A DNA stretch of 64,000 nucleotides, taken from positions 136,256 to 200,255 of the IMG/VR virus record IMGVR_UViG_3300044620_001883. The stretch is one strand, 5' to 3'. The stretch is from a virus (lineage: Duplodnaviria; Caudoviricetes). Positions 41,005 through 51,362 of this stretch are shown here, piece after piece. Under the pieces are notes generated by a model, which ran no database searches, was not told where the DNA came from, and worked only from the letters and a program-made list of their open reading frames with translations. How positions within the stretch are numbered: the stretch's first letter is position 1; every line of letters starts with the position of its first letter. The position numbers and the translations under genes are program-made.

Positions 41005-43836
41005 ATGATCACCAACTATTCCCAACACCGCCCTGGTATCTCGATCAAGCAGCAGCTTGCCGCGGACACGACGAGCTCCGCGCCCGACATGGCCGCTTGC
41101 ATCATCGGTCCCAAATGCCTACTCAATCGGTACGGGCGTGAGACTATTCCGGGTGTCGAGTTCAACGCAGCTGGTCAGGCTTTGACCTTTCAGCGTCTCG
41201 TGGATGAAATCGCCACGACACTGGACTTGGATCTCTTCACGGTGGACCAGGACACGCTCAAACTTTACGGTGTGGGTCTTGAGGCTTCGCTGGCCACCTA
41301 CACGGCAGCCGGCACACCAAGCTTCAAACTGGCTGATCTGTCCGAACCCAATGTGATCGCTCTGGTCGGCGGCGCGACCGTCAAGGGCGCCGGACTGGAA
41401 ACCTCCTTCCGCGGACGCCCCGTGCAAATCGGTGATGTGGTGTACTGCGAAGGCATTGACGGTGGCACGGTATTCCGTCGCACCGTCACCGGCTTCCGTG
41501 GTGTTGTGGCAGCCGGTTCCTTCGGTGCCAACCTCGACGGGGATGACTCGCTTGTGGGCAACGTGGCGGCAAACCCTGTCACCACCGTCGCGGACGCCTC
41601 GGTGTCCTCGGCACCGGCCACTTGGGCCATCAGCTGTGCCGCGCCGGAAGATTTCAACGGACTCGCACGCGGGGCCAAGAACCTGACGAAGTACGGTGAA
41701 GAGTTTGTGATCACCGTGCACACTGCTGGCGATCCGGCTACTGCCACTGTCAACATCGCGTCCACCTCTGGTCTCTACAACGCCACCAACGTCGCAACCG
41801 TGAACGCTGCTGGTAACTTCAGCATCACAGACGCGAATGCCGGTGGTGAGCTCGGCGGTGTGGACCTGGTCATCACACCCCCGGCTCCCGGTACAGACCT
41901 CACGGTGGGTATGTCCTTCCGCATCACTGTGTTGGGTAACTACTCACGCCTCGGTGCCACGCAGGTTATCGCGGCTGGCACCTACACGGGTGTCAAGGAC
42001 ACTGTGTACATGATCCGGGTCACCCAGCCCAACACAGACTTCGACACCGATTTTGACGGTGCCAAGGTGACCATCACGGACACCGCCGGCATCGACACTC
42101 CGCAGGAGAACGTCACGATCACAGACGGCACTGCGCGTGACCTGGGCAACTTTGGTCTGACCATTGAATTCGACGGCGCCATGCCGGACCACGGCGGGCT
42201 CCGCGTCGGTGACGTGTATTTCGTCCGCGCCGTCGCCGGTGCCGTGAGCACAACCAATTTTGACCGTGTGGTGCTCAGCGGTCCCGCCGTTGACACGCTC
42301 GTCTTCGATGACGTGGACGTGGAATTTTTCAGCGTCGAATTCCGTGCGCCCTTCACTGGTGAAATCGCCACTGACGCGCACTCGGGTGGGCTGGCTTGGA
42401 CCGGCTCAGCCAGCGCGCTGACCGTTGAGGCCAACCTGGATTACTATGTCGCTGACCGTGACAACGGTTATGAGTGGCGCCCATTCGTCACTGGCGTGGG
42501 CGAGCTGCAGTCTTCCTACCGCGCCTTCTATGCTGTCGACGACACCAACGGCATGGTGGAAATCGCCGCAGCCTCCGACCTTGTGGCGGCTGCCGGAGTT
42601 GTCGATCTCGACAACCCGCTTGGCTACGCGGCCCAGCAGGCCCTGCTCGGAGCGGACGGCAAGGCCATCTGGGTTTTGAATACCGGTGGCACAACCCTGG
42701 CCGCGTTCGAGACAGCGCTCGCCACGATTGAGAACACACGCATCCCTTACGACCTGTGCATCTTGTCGACTTCGCAGTCTGTCGGGCTGGCTGCACTCGT
42801 GCACGCTGTTGCGGCCTCGGCCGAAGAAAACCTCAGCTTCCGTCGTGTGCGAATCGGCCTCGACTCCCCGGGTGAGTACGTGGTCCTTGAGGCACAGGCT
42901 GACACGACCAACTTCACCTGCACGGTCTCCCCACACGGTGGAGGCAACAAGCTCGTGACCATCAGCGCGGGTGCAGACGAAGCGCTTCTGACTACACGCG
43001 GACTCACCGCCGGTGACCTGCTCAAACTGACAGCCACGACGGAATCGTACGCGATTGCTGAAGTGCTGTCTGACACTGAACTCCTGCTGTCCACCGGCCC
43101 CGCTTCTGAAGTCGATCCGGCTGTGGCTTGTCAGATCTGGAAGGCCGACACGGTGGCGAACCAAAAGGCCTGGCTCATCGCGCAGGCTGCCGCCTATGCC
43201 GAACGCCGTGCCTCTTTGGTGTGGGTGGAACGCGGTGTGAACCTGGTCAACGGTGCGACCACCGTCATCCCCACCATGTTCGGCGCCGCTTACCTGTCCG
43301 GACTCCGCAGCAACCTCAAGCCGCAGATCGGCATGACCCGTCAGACGGTGGCCACCTTCACGGCGGCCTCCCGCATGTACAGTCGCTACAGCCGTGCTGA
43401 CCTGGACGATATTGCTGCCGCCGGGATTCAGATCCTCGAGCAAACCCACGCGTCTGCTCCGGTGCGTGTGCGCCATCAGGCCACCACGGACACCAGCAAC
43501 GGTATCCTGAACTACGAGGAGAGCACAACCGTCCGGTTCGACTACCTGAGCTTCCTGATCAACAACACGCTGGACTCGTCCATCGGCCGCGTGAACACCA
43601 CGGAGCAGGCCGTCGAGGAAACGCGCGCAGCCTTGCTGGGTGTGCTCAACGCCGCACGGCTTGTACCTGTCGGCGCCAACTACGGCCCGCTCCTGGACGA
43701 CTTTACGAATCTGGTGGTGCAGCGCAGCACCAGCTTCCTGGATCGCATTGAAGCGTCCGTGGATGTTGAATTCGGACCACCTACCAACCGGCAGGCCATC
43801 ACGATCACTGCTTACGGGCAGCTGCCTGCGGCATAA
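41005..43836 (+). CDS. Contractile tail sheath protein with inserted beta domains
   Basis: N-terminal RPGISIKQQ; C-terminal sheath-like HQATTD...YEESTTVRFDYLS...VDVEFGPPTNRQAITI; followed by the tube gene. Confidence 0.82.
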   Translation: MITNYSQHRPGISIKQQLAADTTSSAPDMAACIIGPKCLLNRYGRETIPGVEFNAAGQALTFQRLVDEIATTLDLDLFTVDQDTLKLYGVGLEASLATYTAAGTPSFKLADLSEPNVIALVGGATVKGAGLETSFRGRPVQIGDVVYCEGIDGGTVFRRTVTGFRGVVAAGSFGANLDGDDSLVGNVAANPVTTVADASVSSAPATWAISCAAPEDFNGLARGAKNLTKYGEEFVITVHTAGDPATATVNIASTSGLYNATNVATVNAAGNFSITDANAGGELGGVDLVITPPAPGTDLTVGMSFRITVLGNYSRLGATQVIAAGTYTGVKDTVYMIRVTQPNTDFDTDFDGAKVTITDTAGIDTPQENVTITDGTARDLGNFGLTIEFDGAMPDHGGLRVGDVYFVRAVAGAVSTTNFDRVVLSGPAVDTLVFDDVDVEFFSVEFRAPFTGEIATDAHSGGLAWTGSASALTVEANLDYYVADRDNGYEWRPFVTGVGELQSSYRAFYAVDDTNGMVEIAAASDLVAAAGVVDLDNPLGYAAQQALLGADGKAIWVLNTGGTTLAAFETALATIENTRIPYDLCILSTSQSVGLAALVHAVAASAEENLSFRRVRIGLDSPGEYVVLEAQADTTNFTCTVSPHGGGNKLVTISAGADEALLTTRGLTAGDLLKLTATTESYAIAEVLSDTELLLSTGPASEVDPAVACQIWKADTVANQKAWLIAQAAAYAERRASLVWVERGVNLVNGATTVIPTMFGAAYLSGLRSNLKPQIGMTRQTVATFTAASRMYSRYSRADLDDIAAAGIQILEQTHASAPVRVRHQATTDTSNGILNYEESTTVRFDYLSFLINNTLDSSIGRVNTTEQAVEETRAALLGVLNAARLVPVGANYGPLLDDFTNLVVQRSTSFLDRIEASVDVEFGPPTNRQAITITAYGQLPAA

Positions 43837-43868
43837 CCCTCTCGCAAACCCTCCTCTCCTCTACCCCT

Positions 43869-44309
43869 ATGGAAGTCTTCGGCGCATCCAGAACAGTCAA
43901 TCCAATCGGCCAGATCCGCGGCTCTGAGTACGCGAAGGTGTACATGGGCAGCATCGTGGCTCTTGCTCAGTCCTTCCAAGCTCAATATGGGCGGCAGTCC
44001 AAGCCGATCATGAGCATCGGAGACCCCAACATCTACTTCGTTCCCGGTCAAGCACAGGGCGTTGTGTCCCTGGGCCGTCTTCTCGGTGCTGATGGTATGC
44101 TGGGACTCCTCAATGCGGGGATCGCCAACTGCGGCACCATCCAGAACTTGCAGCTGACTGTCGGCGGCGGGCGCTGCTTGGTTGCACCATCCCAGACTCT
44201 GAACTTCGGTGGTGGTATCCTCGAATCCGTCTCGGTCGGCTTGAACTCGGGCAGCCCGGAAATCATGGAAAACTACTCCATGAAGATTTCGAGCATGGAG
44301 AAGGTCTGA
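43869..44309 (+). CDS. Tail tube protein
   Basis: 146 aa after the sheath; YGRQSKPIMSIGDPNIYFVPG and GGILESVSVG..SG..EIMEN tube-like pattern. Confidence 0.78.
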   Translation: MEVFGASRTVNPIGQIRGSEYAKVYMGSIVALAQSFQAQYGRQSKPIMSIGDPNIYFVPGQAQGVVSLGRLLGADGMLGLLNAGIANCGTIQNLQLTVGGGRCLVAPSQTLNFGGGILESVSVGLNSGSPEIMENYSMKISSMEKV

Positions 44310-44315
44310 CCGGGC

Positions 44316-44344
44316 TTGCCTATTTGAGGGGACGGCTGCATGCT
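44316..44344 (+). promoter_or_regulatory. Putative promoter TTGCCT-N17-CATGCT; leaderless to ATG 44350
   Basis: Pattern match with a 5-nt gap to the ATG. Confidence 0.5.
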
Positions 44345-44349
44345 GAAGC

Positions 44350-46701
44350 ATGCCCCCCTTCGACTTGCCCACCACTCTCATAGACACTGGCTTCGTTGTT
44401 CAAGCGTTTCCGGATCAAGAAACGTACACGGTGCAGTCCACCACAACCACGCAGTACCTGCAAGGTTGTGCGTCCATTGTTGGTGGGTTGTTTGCGCCCT
44501 TCTTCGGCTTCAAGTCGCACATGCGCCTGCCTGTTGGCACCAAGGTGCTGCTTCTCAACACTTCTCCCGCGCTGATCTTGTCGTGTATCCCAACGGAACC
44601 CGCGAACGAGAAGTCAGGCAACCTTCATCGTACCACAACAGGCACGGCGGACATTGAGGATCTGGGTTCCGACGAGAACAGCGCCGACAACATCCATCAC
44701 AGTGTGCCCAAGGATCTCCTTGAAGGGGAGTTCAGTATCAGCAACGCCCTGCAGGTGGGTATCCGGTTCCTGACCCACCTGGTGAAAATGCAGGCGGGGG
44801 AGCGTGCCAAGGTCGAGTGCTTCCTCCTCGATGATCTGGTGCGCATTGTCAGCGGCTCCTTCAAGCATATGTCCGCATTCGGGGATCACGAGATCATCAA
44901 CGACGGTGGACGGTTGAATGTGCGCTACACAGGCACCTCCTACGAGCACGAGGCGGCCGGCGTTTTGAAGCCCAAGGACCCCCGCACACCGTCCGGCGCA
45001 TCCGGTGTGCTTCCCAACGAGCCACTGGCAGAGACCGGCAGATGGCGCTTCAGCCAGTTCATCGGGTACATGGGTGACTTCATTCACATGTTCGTCACAG
45101 ATCCCGGCACGGCTCTCGGTGAGCTGGCACAATCCCGGGCGGGCAAATTTCACGCGCATGTAAACCAGGATGGCAGCCTCGTGGTGCAGAGTCTGGCTGA
45201 CATCGTCTTCGAACGCGTCACACGCATTGTCGTCCCTGAAGAGCAACACAGACCCGCAGATCCTGAAGGGGACAAGCTCGATGGTTTCTCGGTGTCTGAC
45301 ACCAAGTTCCTGGACACCTGGCAGGTCAACCCGCAAAAGCCCTGGGAGCTGGCATACCACATCCGCGACTACGCGCGCTGGCTCAATAGCTACCATGCCT
45401 ACGCCCGGTTTGCCCAGATGAACAAGGACTGGAAGATACCCACGGAGGCAGGCTCACCGCAACCCAGCTACGGCTGCGGGGAGGACGACAAAGACGCGGC
45501 AATTCCAGACCGCCAGCGCACGCCGCGCATCACGTACTCCTGCATCCGCATCTTCCGGGATGGGTCGCAACTTCTGCTGGACGGGTACGGGGGTTGTATT
45601 CTGCAGGCTGGAGGCAGCACAGTCATCTCCGCCCCCATCGACGTGCGGATCGAGGCGGGACGCAATGTGAGCATCATCGCGGGACGCAACGTCTTCATGA
45701 AAGCCCACCGCAACGTCGAGCTGGTTGCAGTGACGGGTGCGCTCCTAGCCAAGGCACGCACGCGCCTGTCTCTCTTCTGTGAGCAGGGTATCGTTCTGCT
45801 CAAGACACTCATGAAAGCCGGACCTCCGCCTGACGGCAGACCCAAGGCCGAGCGCTTCGCGCAGGACCGCATGGGGATCGTGATTGAGGCGCCGCACGCC
45901 AACGTGATGCTGGCGAGCGGTAACATGCTGACCCTGGAAGGCAACGGCAATGACATCCAGAAGGACAAGCTCGAGTGTGGTGTGCGCGTTCAATCAGGCA
46001 AAGCATCCATCGAGTTGTGCACAGGCCAGGAGGGGGCGGTGCGGGTCCGGGCCAAAGCCTTCTCGACGCAGGTATCGACGCTGGTGCTCAGCTGCACCAA
46101 AGCGATAAGCATGCTGGCACCCTTCATTGACTTTGGTCGGTTGTTGTACAAAACCGGAGGCGGGTTGGTCTGCGGCACGCTGACAGCCCGAAAGCTGCTT
46201 GGCGAGAGTATCGTCAACGGCACGCAAATCAAACGCGGACGCAGCCCGCACGTCAACCACGTGGCGCATGCGAGCGTCAAAGCGACTCCACCTGACATCC
46301 CGGAAGAAATCACAGAGGAGCTCAAGAACAAGGCAGCACCTGCTGTTTCAGACGGACTTGCCAAAACCATCAGAACACGTGGGGAGTACTTGTCCCCTGA
46401 AGAGTATCCGATAGAACCGTCACCACAATCCCCAGCCCAACAGCTGGCCACGGACGGTGGCATACACCCGGCGGCGGTGTCGTTTGAAGCCTGGCCTTTT
46501 GACCAGGACGGAGAACAGGGAGATCCCAACGCGGCGTTCAAGCTCCCGTATCCCGGGCCCCGTGGGAAGATGGCGGCCTACATGAGCGACAGCATTCTAC
46601 ATCAACCTTCGGCCAAGGAGGTTCAGGAATTCAAGCCGACCGCCAAAGCGGCCGAGTCAGTACCTGTCGTGTTCCAACGCTGGACACCACCCGCTTCCTG
46701 A
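44350..46701 (+). CDS. Baseplate central spike (gp5/VgrG/gpV-like)
   Basis: N-terminal OB-fold-like segment (LPVGTKVLLL); beta-helix-type repeats DVRIEAGRNVSIIAGRNVFMKAHRNVELVA. Confidence 0.6.
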   Translation: MPPFDLPTTLIDTGFVVQAFPDQETYTVQSTTTTQYLQGCASIVGGLFAPFFGFKSHMRLPVGTKVLLLNTSPALILSCIPTEPANEKSGNLHRTTTGTADIEDLGSDENSADNIHHSVPKDLLEGEFSISNALQVGIRFLTHLVKMQAGERAKVECFLLDDLVRIVSGSFKHMSAFGDHEIINDGGRLNVRYTGTSYEHEAAGVLKPKDPRTPSGASGVLPNEPLAETGRWRFSQFIGYMGDFIHMFVTDPGTALGELAQSRAGKFHAHVNQDGSLVVQSLADIVFERVTRIVVPEEQHRPADPEGDKLDGFSVSDTKFLDTWQVNPQKPWELAYHIRDYARWLNSYHAYARFAQMNKDWKIPTEAGSPQPSYGCGEDDKDAAIPDRQRTPRITYSCIRIFRDGSQLLLDGYGGCILQAGGSTVISAPIDVRIEAGRNVSIIAGRNVFMKAHRNVELVAVTGALLAKARTRLSLFCEQGIVLLKTLMKAGPPPDGRPKAERFAQDRMGIVIEAPHANVMLASGNMLTLEGNGNDIQKDKLECGVRVQSGKASIELCTGQEGAVRVRAKAFSTQVSTLVLSCTKAISMLAPFIDFGRLLYKTGGGLVCGTLTARKLLGESIVNGTQIKRGRSPHVNHVAHASVKATPPDIPEEITEELKNKAAPAVSDGLAKTIRTRGEYLSPEEYPIEPSPQSPAQQLATDGGIHPAAVSFEAWPFDQDGEQGDPNAAFKLPYPGPRGKMAAYMSDSILHQPSAKEVQEFKPTAKAAESVPVVFQRWTPPAS

Positions 46702-46718
46702 GTACTCTCCCCGACCAT

Positions 46719-47516
46719 ATGGCTACCTCTACTCCGCTTGGGCGTCCCAAAAAACCAGCAACAACTGAACCTTCCCTCGATGCCGTGAAGGCGTTCGTGG
46801 CCGCCGCTTCAACCCCCCAGGCTTCGGAGCCGCCCAAGATCACGACCCCTTCCAAAGAGGCTGCTGTCCTGGAAGTCTCCGAGGAAGTACAAGCTGCCTT
46901 AAACAAGCAGGCCGAGGGACCGAAGCTGCCGGAACCTGACATTCCGCTGGAAGCGGTGGCACTCCCCGAGTTCGCCACACAGGACAAGATGCGCAGCGAC
47001 GCGCTGGCTGGCGACGTCCTGAACGTGCTGGTGTCGGACAACGAGAAGGACATTTACTGCAAGGCGGTGCTTTTTGATGCGCCGGTTGTCTGGGATATTC
47101 CCGTGCTGGGCGGCAAGGCCAGCGTACTGGTGCGCAGTTTGAAGATCACCCACGAGGATGCGATCCTGCGCTGGTTGGATCAGCTGGAGAAGCAAGGCAC
47201 CGTCACCACGCAGTCCTTGTGGCTCACTTACTACAAGCGCGCGAGTACATTGCTGCGCGTGCTCAAGATGACTGTCGACGGCCGGGATGTTCTGGTCTTC
47301 AACCATGCAACCGTAGACAGCTTGCTGGACACCTCAGGCACTACCAAGAAGGCCTTGGATCAGCTCACCACCGTCTTCGACAAAGTCTTTGAGAACCTGA
47401 CACCAGCCCGGTACGCGGTGCTCATGGAGGCCGTGACGGTGCACGAGCGCAAGATGAACAAGTGCAACCGCTCGGCGGCATCTGGAAATTTTTGGCTACC
47501 CGCCGGTACCGACTAA
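46719..47516 (+). CDS. Tail assembly chaperone (G-like)
   Basis: Lies two ORFs before the tape measure gene; ends in a slippery site. Confidence 0.6.
   Translation: MATSTPLGRPKKPATTEPSLDAVKAFVAAASTPQASEPPKITTPSKEAAVLEVSEEVQAALNKQAEGPKLPEPDIPLEAVALPEFATQDKMRSDALAGDVLNVLVSDNEKDIYCKAVLFDAPVVWDIPVLGGKASVLVRSLKITHEDAILRWLDQLEKQGTVTTQSLWLTYYKRASTLLRVLKMTVDGRDVLVFNHATVDSLLDTSGTTKKALDQLTTVFDKVFENLTPARYAVLMEAVTVHERKMNKCNRSAASGNFWLPAGTD
47486..47492 (+). other. -1 programmed frameshift heptamer A AAT TTT
   Basis: X XXY YYZ in the chaperone frame; the -1 frame is open to 47857. Confidence 0.65.
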
Positions 47517-47857
47517 TGCTGCAGGCATACCGTGCGGGGTTATTGGAACCTGCCTACGAGTCGAAATGGTTGTCCCGCATCCGGGAGAACTGGATGTTGG
47601 ATGCGATCGAGCGGGAGAATGACGCGACCCAGGCGCTCCTGACGATCCAGGTTCGCGCGGCCTTTGCAAACCTGTTCGAGAAACCCGGCGATATTTTACC
47701 CGAGATGCTCAAGCAGATTGAGCGCCTGTCGGGGTACAAGGAAAATAACCCAGCAGCGTTGCTGGATGCGATGGGAGGGCAAGGCACGCAAATGCTGCAA
47801 CAACTGTGGCGCGCCATGAAGCAGCAGGGTATGCTTGAACCACTCCCCCCAAAGTAA
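47516..47857 (+). CDS. Tail assembly chaperone extension (T-like ORF)
   Basis: In the -1 frame relative to the upstream gene; also has a TAATG-coupled ATG at 47516. Confidence 0.65.
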   Translation: MLQAYRAGLLEPAYESKWLSRIRENWMLDAIERENDATQALLTIQVRAAFANLFEKPGDILPEMLKQIERLSGYKENNPAALLDAMGGQGTQMLQQLWRAMKQQGMLEPLPPK

Positions 47858-50236
47858 ATGGCGCTTCCTACACAGCCTCGATCTACCCTCGATCTCCTTA
47901 ACGAGCACATCCGCTGGTCGGATGCAGCGCGTCAGGCCGAGCAGGCGCAGATGATGGCGGCGCAGAATCAGACGATCAAGACGCTGTCCGACCTGGCTTC
48001 GATGTCTCTGTTCGGGAACACGACCGAACAGCTCCAACGATCACGCAGCCTGGGCGATCAGATCATGGGCCACGCCATGCCGGCGTTGGCGACTTTCGGG
48101 GCTGACATGCTGGGGTGGTCTCCCATGAGTATGATCACCGCGTCCCAGCAGGCGGCGCGTCAGGGCGGGTTCACGCTGCGCAGCATGGACGGATCCGAAA
48201 CCGTGCCCGTCTACGGGGGCATGGCCGCTCACAGCGTGGGAGCGGGAATCAACTCAGCCATGAACCGCTTCTTCCAACCCGGCGGGGCTTTGAACCTTGG
48301 AACCACCTACGGGGCCAGTCGGGAGGACATCGCGGCCGTCACGCAGGACTTGCAACAGCGTGGCGCGTTCGCCGGACACGCCGGAACCTTCGAGACCCTG
48401 ACGTCGGAGCGAATGGCGCAGCTGAAATCTCAAGCACAAGGCAACCCCGCGCTGGCCAAGGAGATGGAGGGACTGGCCGTGGGTGACCAGATCATCCACC
48501 AGGATCCCGGCTTGTCCGGACGTGTGGGGGACACCATCCAAAGCGCCCTGCGTGCCACGCGCGAATTGCGGGAGCTCCTGGGCAATTTCAAACCTCAGGA
48601 ACTGTTCTCCGAAATGGAGAGGCTGACTGGTATGAACTTCGACCCTTCCAAAGCGGGATCGATGTCACAGGCGGTGACGCAGCTGCAGACCCGCGTAGCG
48701 CACGGCGCCAGTGTGGGGCTGGATTCTCGCACCACCTTGGAACTCGGAGCAGCAACAGCGTCCACGATGGACGCGGTCATGGCGGCCCGCACAGGGTTGT
48801 CACCAGGAAGCTTTTACGGAGCCGCAGCGCAGCTGACCGGCGCGGCCAATCAACACGCCCTGGTTGCCTGGCGGGAACAACAACAAGGCGGCGGGTATCG
48901 CAATTTATCCGAGGTCATGGCAACCACAGCCGGGGACATGGCACGCATTGTCACGGAGACGCCGGAGATGATCGAAGCCGCGCTGGGTGCGGCGCGTACC
49001 AATCCTGGTGAAGGTCGAGACGCGCTGCTGGCTTCCATCAAGGCCTTCGGGAACGCGGGGACTGTCGACGCTCGCATGGAGGCCAGACGTAACATGGCGC
49101 GTGTCTACAGCGACGTCACCGGGCTTCGACCTGGCGCCATGATCGGAGCTTACGGGCCGGATGCGCTCTTGGAGCATCTGCGACAACAGTCCCCGGAAAT
49201 GCTTAGCAGCATCGCGGACGCCAGCATGAACTCCAACCGGAACTCCATGATTGGGGACTTCCAGCGCATCACCTCCATGGAGGGTTCCAATTCTCCGTAC
49301 AACCGCGCACTGGGTGGCGCTAACCGTTCCGCGCAGTTTGCCATGGAGATGTTCCAGACGGTGGGCGGTACGGACATGCGCAACCTTCAATCTGCACTGC
49401 AGGCGGGGAACATGACCGAGGCCACCCGTATCGCCTCTGGGTTTAATCTTCCGACATTCGGCAACGCCGGTACAGCGCTCGGCTATGCCGACCAGCGCAT
49501 CACCGACGCATCGGGTGGCAGGCAAAGCGTCCGGGACTACATGGCTTCGATGCAGCAATCCGTACAGCTGAGTGAACGCTTGGCGCCTCTGCACACGCAG
49601 GGTGCGCTGGGTAACAGTTCTACGGTCGCGGCCAGTTACCTGCGGCAAATGAACGCCGCAGAGGGTGGACCATTGTCGCTCTGGACACAAGTCGAACAGG
49701 GGCTGTTGAGTGACTCGGCAGCTCCGCTGGGTTCCCAGCAGCTTCTCAATTACGCTCAGAACAACGGAGATGAGGACAGGGATGACCTGGTAAGCATCGG
49801 CTTCGACAAGAAGACGCACGGGATGGAATTCGCTGACAAGAAAGCCGTGCAGGATTTTGAAGCCGTCATGCGCTCCACCAAAATAGGAGGGCTGCAGGGA
49901 ATAAATCTGTTCAGCAAATTCAGTCTCAAAGACGGTGATTTCGACGGCCTGGAGAAGGCCCTCAAGGACCCCGCCAATGTCGCCCAGGTCCACGCGTGGG
50001 CCAAACAAGGCGGACTCGTCATGGGACCGAACGACAAGGGCGGAGTGGACATCTTGAAGGACCCTGCCAAAACGCAGGATGCGTACAATGCGGCCATCAC
50101 CAAATTGAACGGCTCCAGTACGTCCACCGCCAATGCTTCGTCTGGCACCAAGGGTGACATGACAGTAAACCTGCACATGCCCAACGGCGGTATCTGGGGA
50201 CTGATAGGAGACTTCATGATGAATTTAATCAAATGA
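47858..50236 (+). CDS. Tape measure protein
   Basis: 792 aa, Ala/Gln/Gly/Met-rich helical composition, after the chaperones. Confidence 0.75.
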   Translation: MALPTQPRSTLDLLNEHIRWSDAARQAEQAQMMAAQNQTIKTLSDLASMSLFGNTTEQLQRSRSLGDQIMGHAMPALATFGADMLGWSPMSMITASQQAARQGGFTLRSMDGSETVPVYGGMAAHSVGAGINSAMNRFFQPGGALNLGTTYGASREDIAAVTQDLQQRGAFAGHAGTFETLTSERMAQLKSQAQGNPALAKEMEGLAVGDQIIHQDPGLSGRVGDTIQSALRATRELRELLGNFKPQELFSEMERLTGMNFDPSKAGSMSQAVTQLQTRVAHGASVGLDSRTTLELGAATASTMDAVMAARTGLSPGSFYGAAAQLTGAANQHALVAWREQQQGGGYRNLSEVMATTAGDMARIVTETPEMIEAALGAARTNPGEGRDALLASIKAFGNAGTVDARMEARRNMARVYSDVTGLRPGAMIGAYGPDALLEHLRQQSPEMLSSIADASMNSNRNSMIGDFQRITSMEGSNSPYNRALGGANRSAQFAMEMFQTVGGTDMRNLQSALQAGNMTEATRIASGFNLPTFGNAGTALGYADQRITDASGGRQSVRDYMASMQQSVQLSERLAPLHTQGALGNSSTVAASYLRQMNAAEGGPLSLWTQVEQGLLSDSAAPLGSQQLLNYAQNNGDEDRDDLVSIGFDKKTHGMEFADKKAVQDFEAVMRSTKIGGLQGINLFSKFSLKDGDFDGLEKALKDPANVAQVHAWAKQGGLVMGPNDKGGVDILKDPAKTQDAYNAAITKLNGSSTSTANASSGTKGDMTVNLHMPNGGIWGLIGDFMMNLIK

Positions 50237-50646
50237 CTATTTTCGGATCCAGCAACTGTGTCTACGCGGTGTCGCAAAGAGCGACCAGCAGCGGCTATGC
50301 TCTAGCCGGCCTGCGCTCCGCCCCGCCTCTGATCATCCAAGGCGCGACATTCTCAGACCATGACATCGTGCTGCCGGTCAATTGTCTGAATCGTAAACGG
50401 TTCCTGTACAGCTTCGGAAAACAGTTCGGAGATGGCGCCCTGCAAGGCGTGGCCATGCTTGGCATGGGCAACTTGAACCTTGTCCGCATGGTCGACAATC
50501 TCCGCACATCCTCCGGCAACGGCCAGGCAACCTTGTCCACCCCGCTGGGTGGGTTTCGCGTCTTCGTCACCGGGTTTGGTATGGCACCACCAGACCCTGA
50601 GTTCAATCTGCAACCCTTCACGGTATTGTTCAAAATTGCCTCCTGA
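50233..50646 (+). CDS. Tube-like baseplate/tail initiator protein (inferred)
   Basis: 137 aa; FLYSFGKQFGDGALQG resembles the tube pattern; follows the tape measure gene. Confidence 0.5.
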   Translation: MTIFGSSNCVYAVSQRATSSGYALAGLRSAPPLIIQGATFSDHDIVLPVNCLNRKRFLYSFGKQFGDGALQGVAMLGMGNLNLVRMVDNLRTSSGNGQATLSTPLGGFRVFVTGFGMAPPDPEFNLQPFTVLFKIAS

Positions 50647-50648
50647 TT

Positions 50649-51350
50649 ATGGACGAACTACTCAATGCCATCACGAACCGGAGCGGGGGTTTCTGTTCGG
50701 TGGAATTCCCGCAAAAGTCCACCTTTACACCACGTCCGCAAAACACCTATCAGGTGGAAATGCGCGACCTGCTTGGGTTGTCACGCGCGGACACGGACTA
50801 CTTTGTACATGCCTGCCTGACCATCATGACAACACAACCGGACCTGGCTGCGTTATTCGGGGAGCAGGAGCGCAGTTACGACTTGCGGCTGTACCGCGCG
50901 GCGCAACCACAAGTTCAAGACGGGGCGCTGGAGCACGACAGCGGCATACCTGGTGGTGTGTTACGTCGTGCGGCTGAATGGCCTGTACAGTTCGAACTCA
51001 CCCTGCTGCGGCTAAGCCCTACCACGGCACTCCTCTCACTTCCCGGAGAGCGGGAAGAGCTGGTGGGTATCGTCGCACTAGATGACCGGCTTCGTGTGGC
51101 CTGGCCGGCGTGGCCCGGTGTGACCGGGCTGCTGGTTCCTCGCAGTCCTTGGACCCCAGGCAGCACAATACGAATCCAGCATGTACCGGTGCGCTTTCCC
51201 TTCCAGCAACTGCGCGACAAACTGCTGGCGTCGGACGCCGCCGTGTATTTGCTAACCACGACGCAGCTCCTCGATGCGTTCTTGAACACGCAGAGCCCGC
51301 AGCGCGCCGTTGCCTTGGCGATCACGGCGTTGGGGTTGTCCAATCTCTAA
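50649..51350 (+). CDS. Baseplate-region hypothetical protein
   Basis: 233 aa, in operon context. Confidence 0.6.
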   Translation: MDELLNAITNRSGGFCSVEFPQKSTFTPRPQNTYQVEMRDLLGLSRADTDYFVHACLTIMTTQPDLAALFGEQERSYDLRLYRAAQPQVQDGALEHDSGIPGGVLRRAAEWPVQFELTLLRLSPTTALLSLPGEREELVGIVALDDRLRVAWPAWPGVTGLLVPRSPWTPGSTIRIQHVPVRFPFQQLRDKLLASDAAVYLLTTTQLLDAFLNTQSPQRAVALAITALGLSNL

Positions 51351-51362
51351 AGCTCTTTCCCC

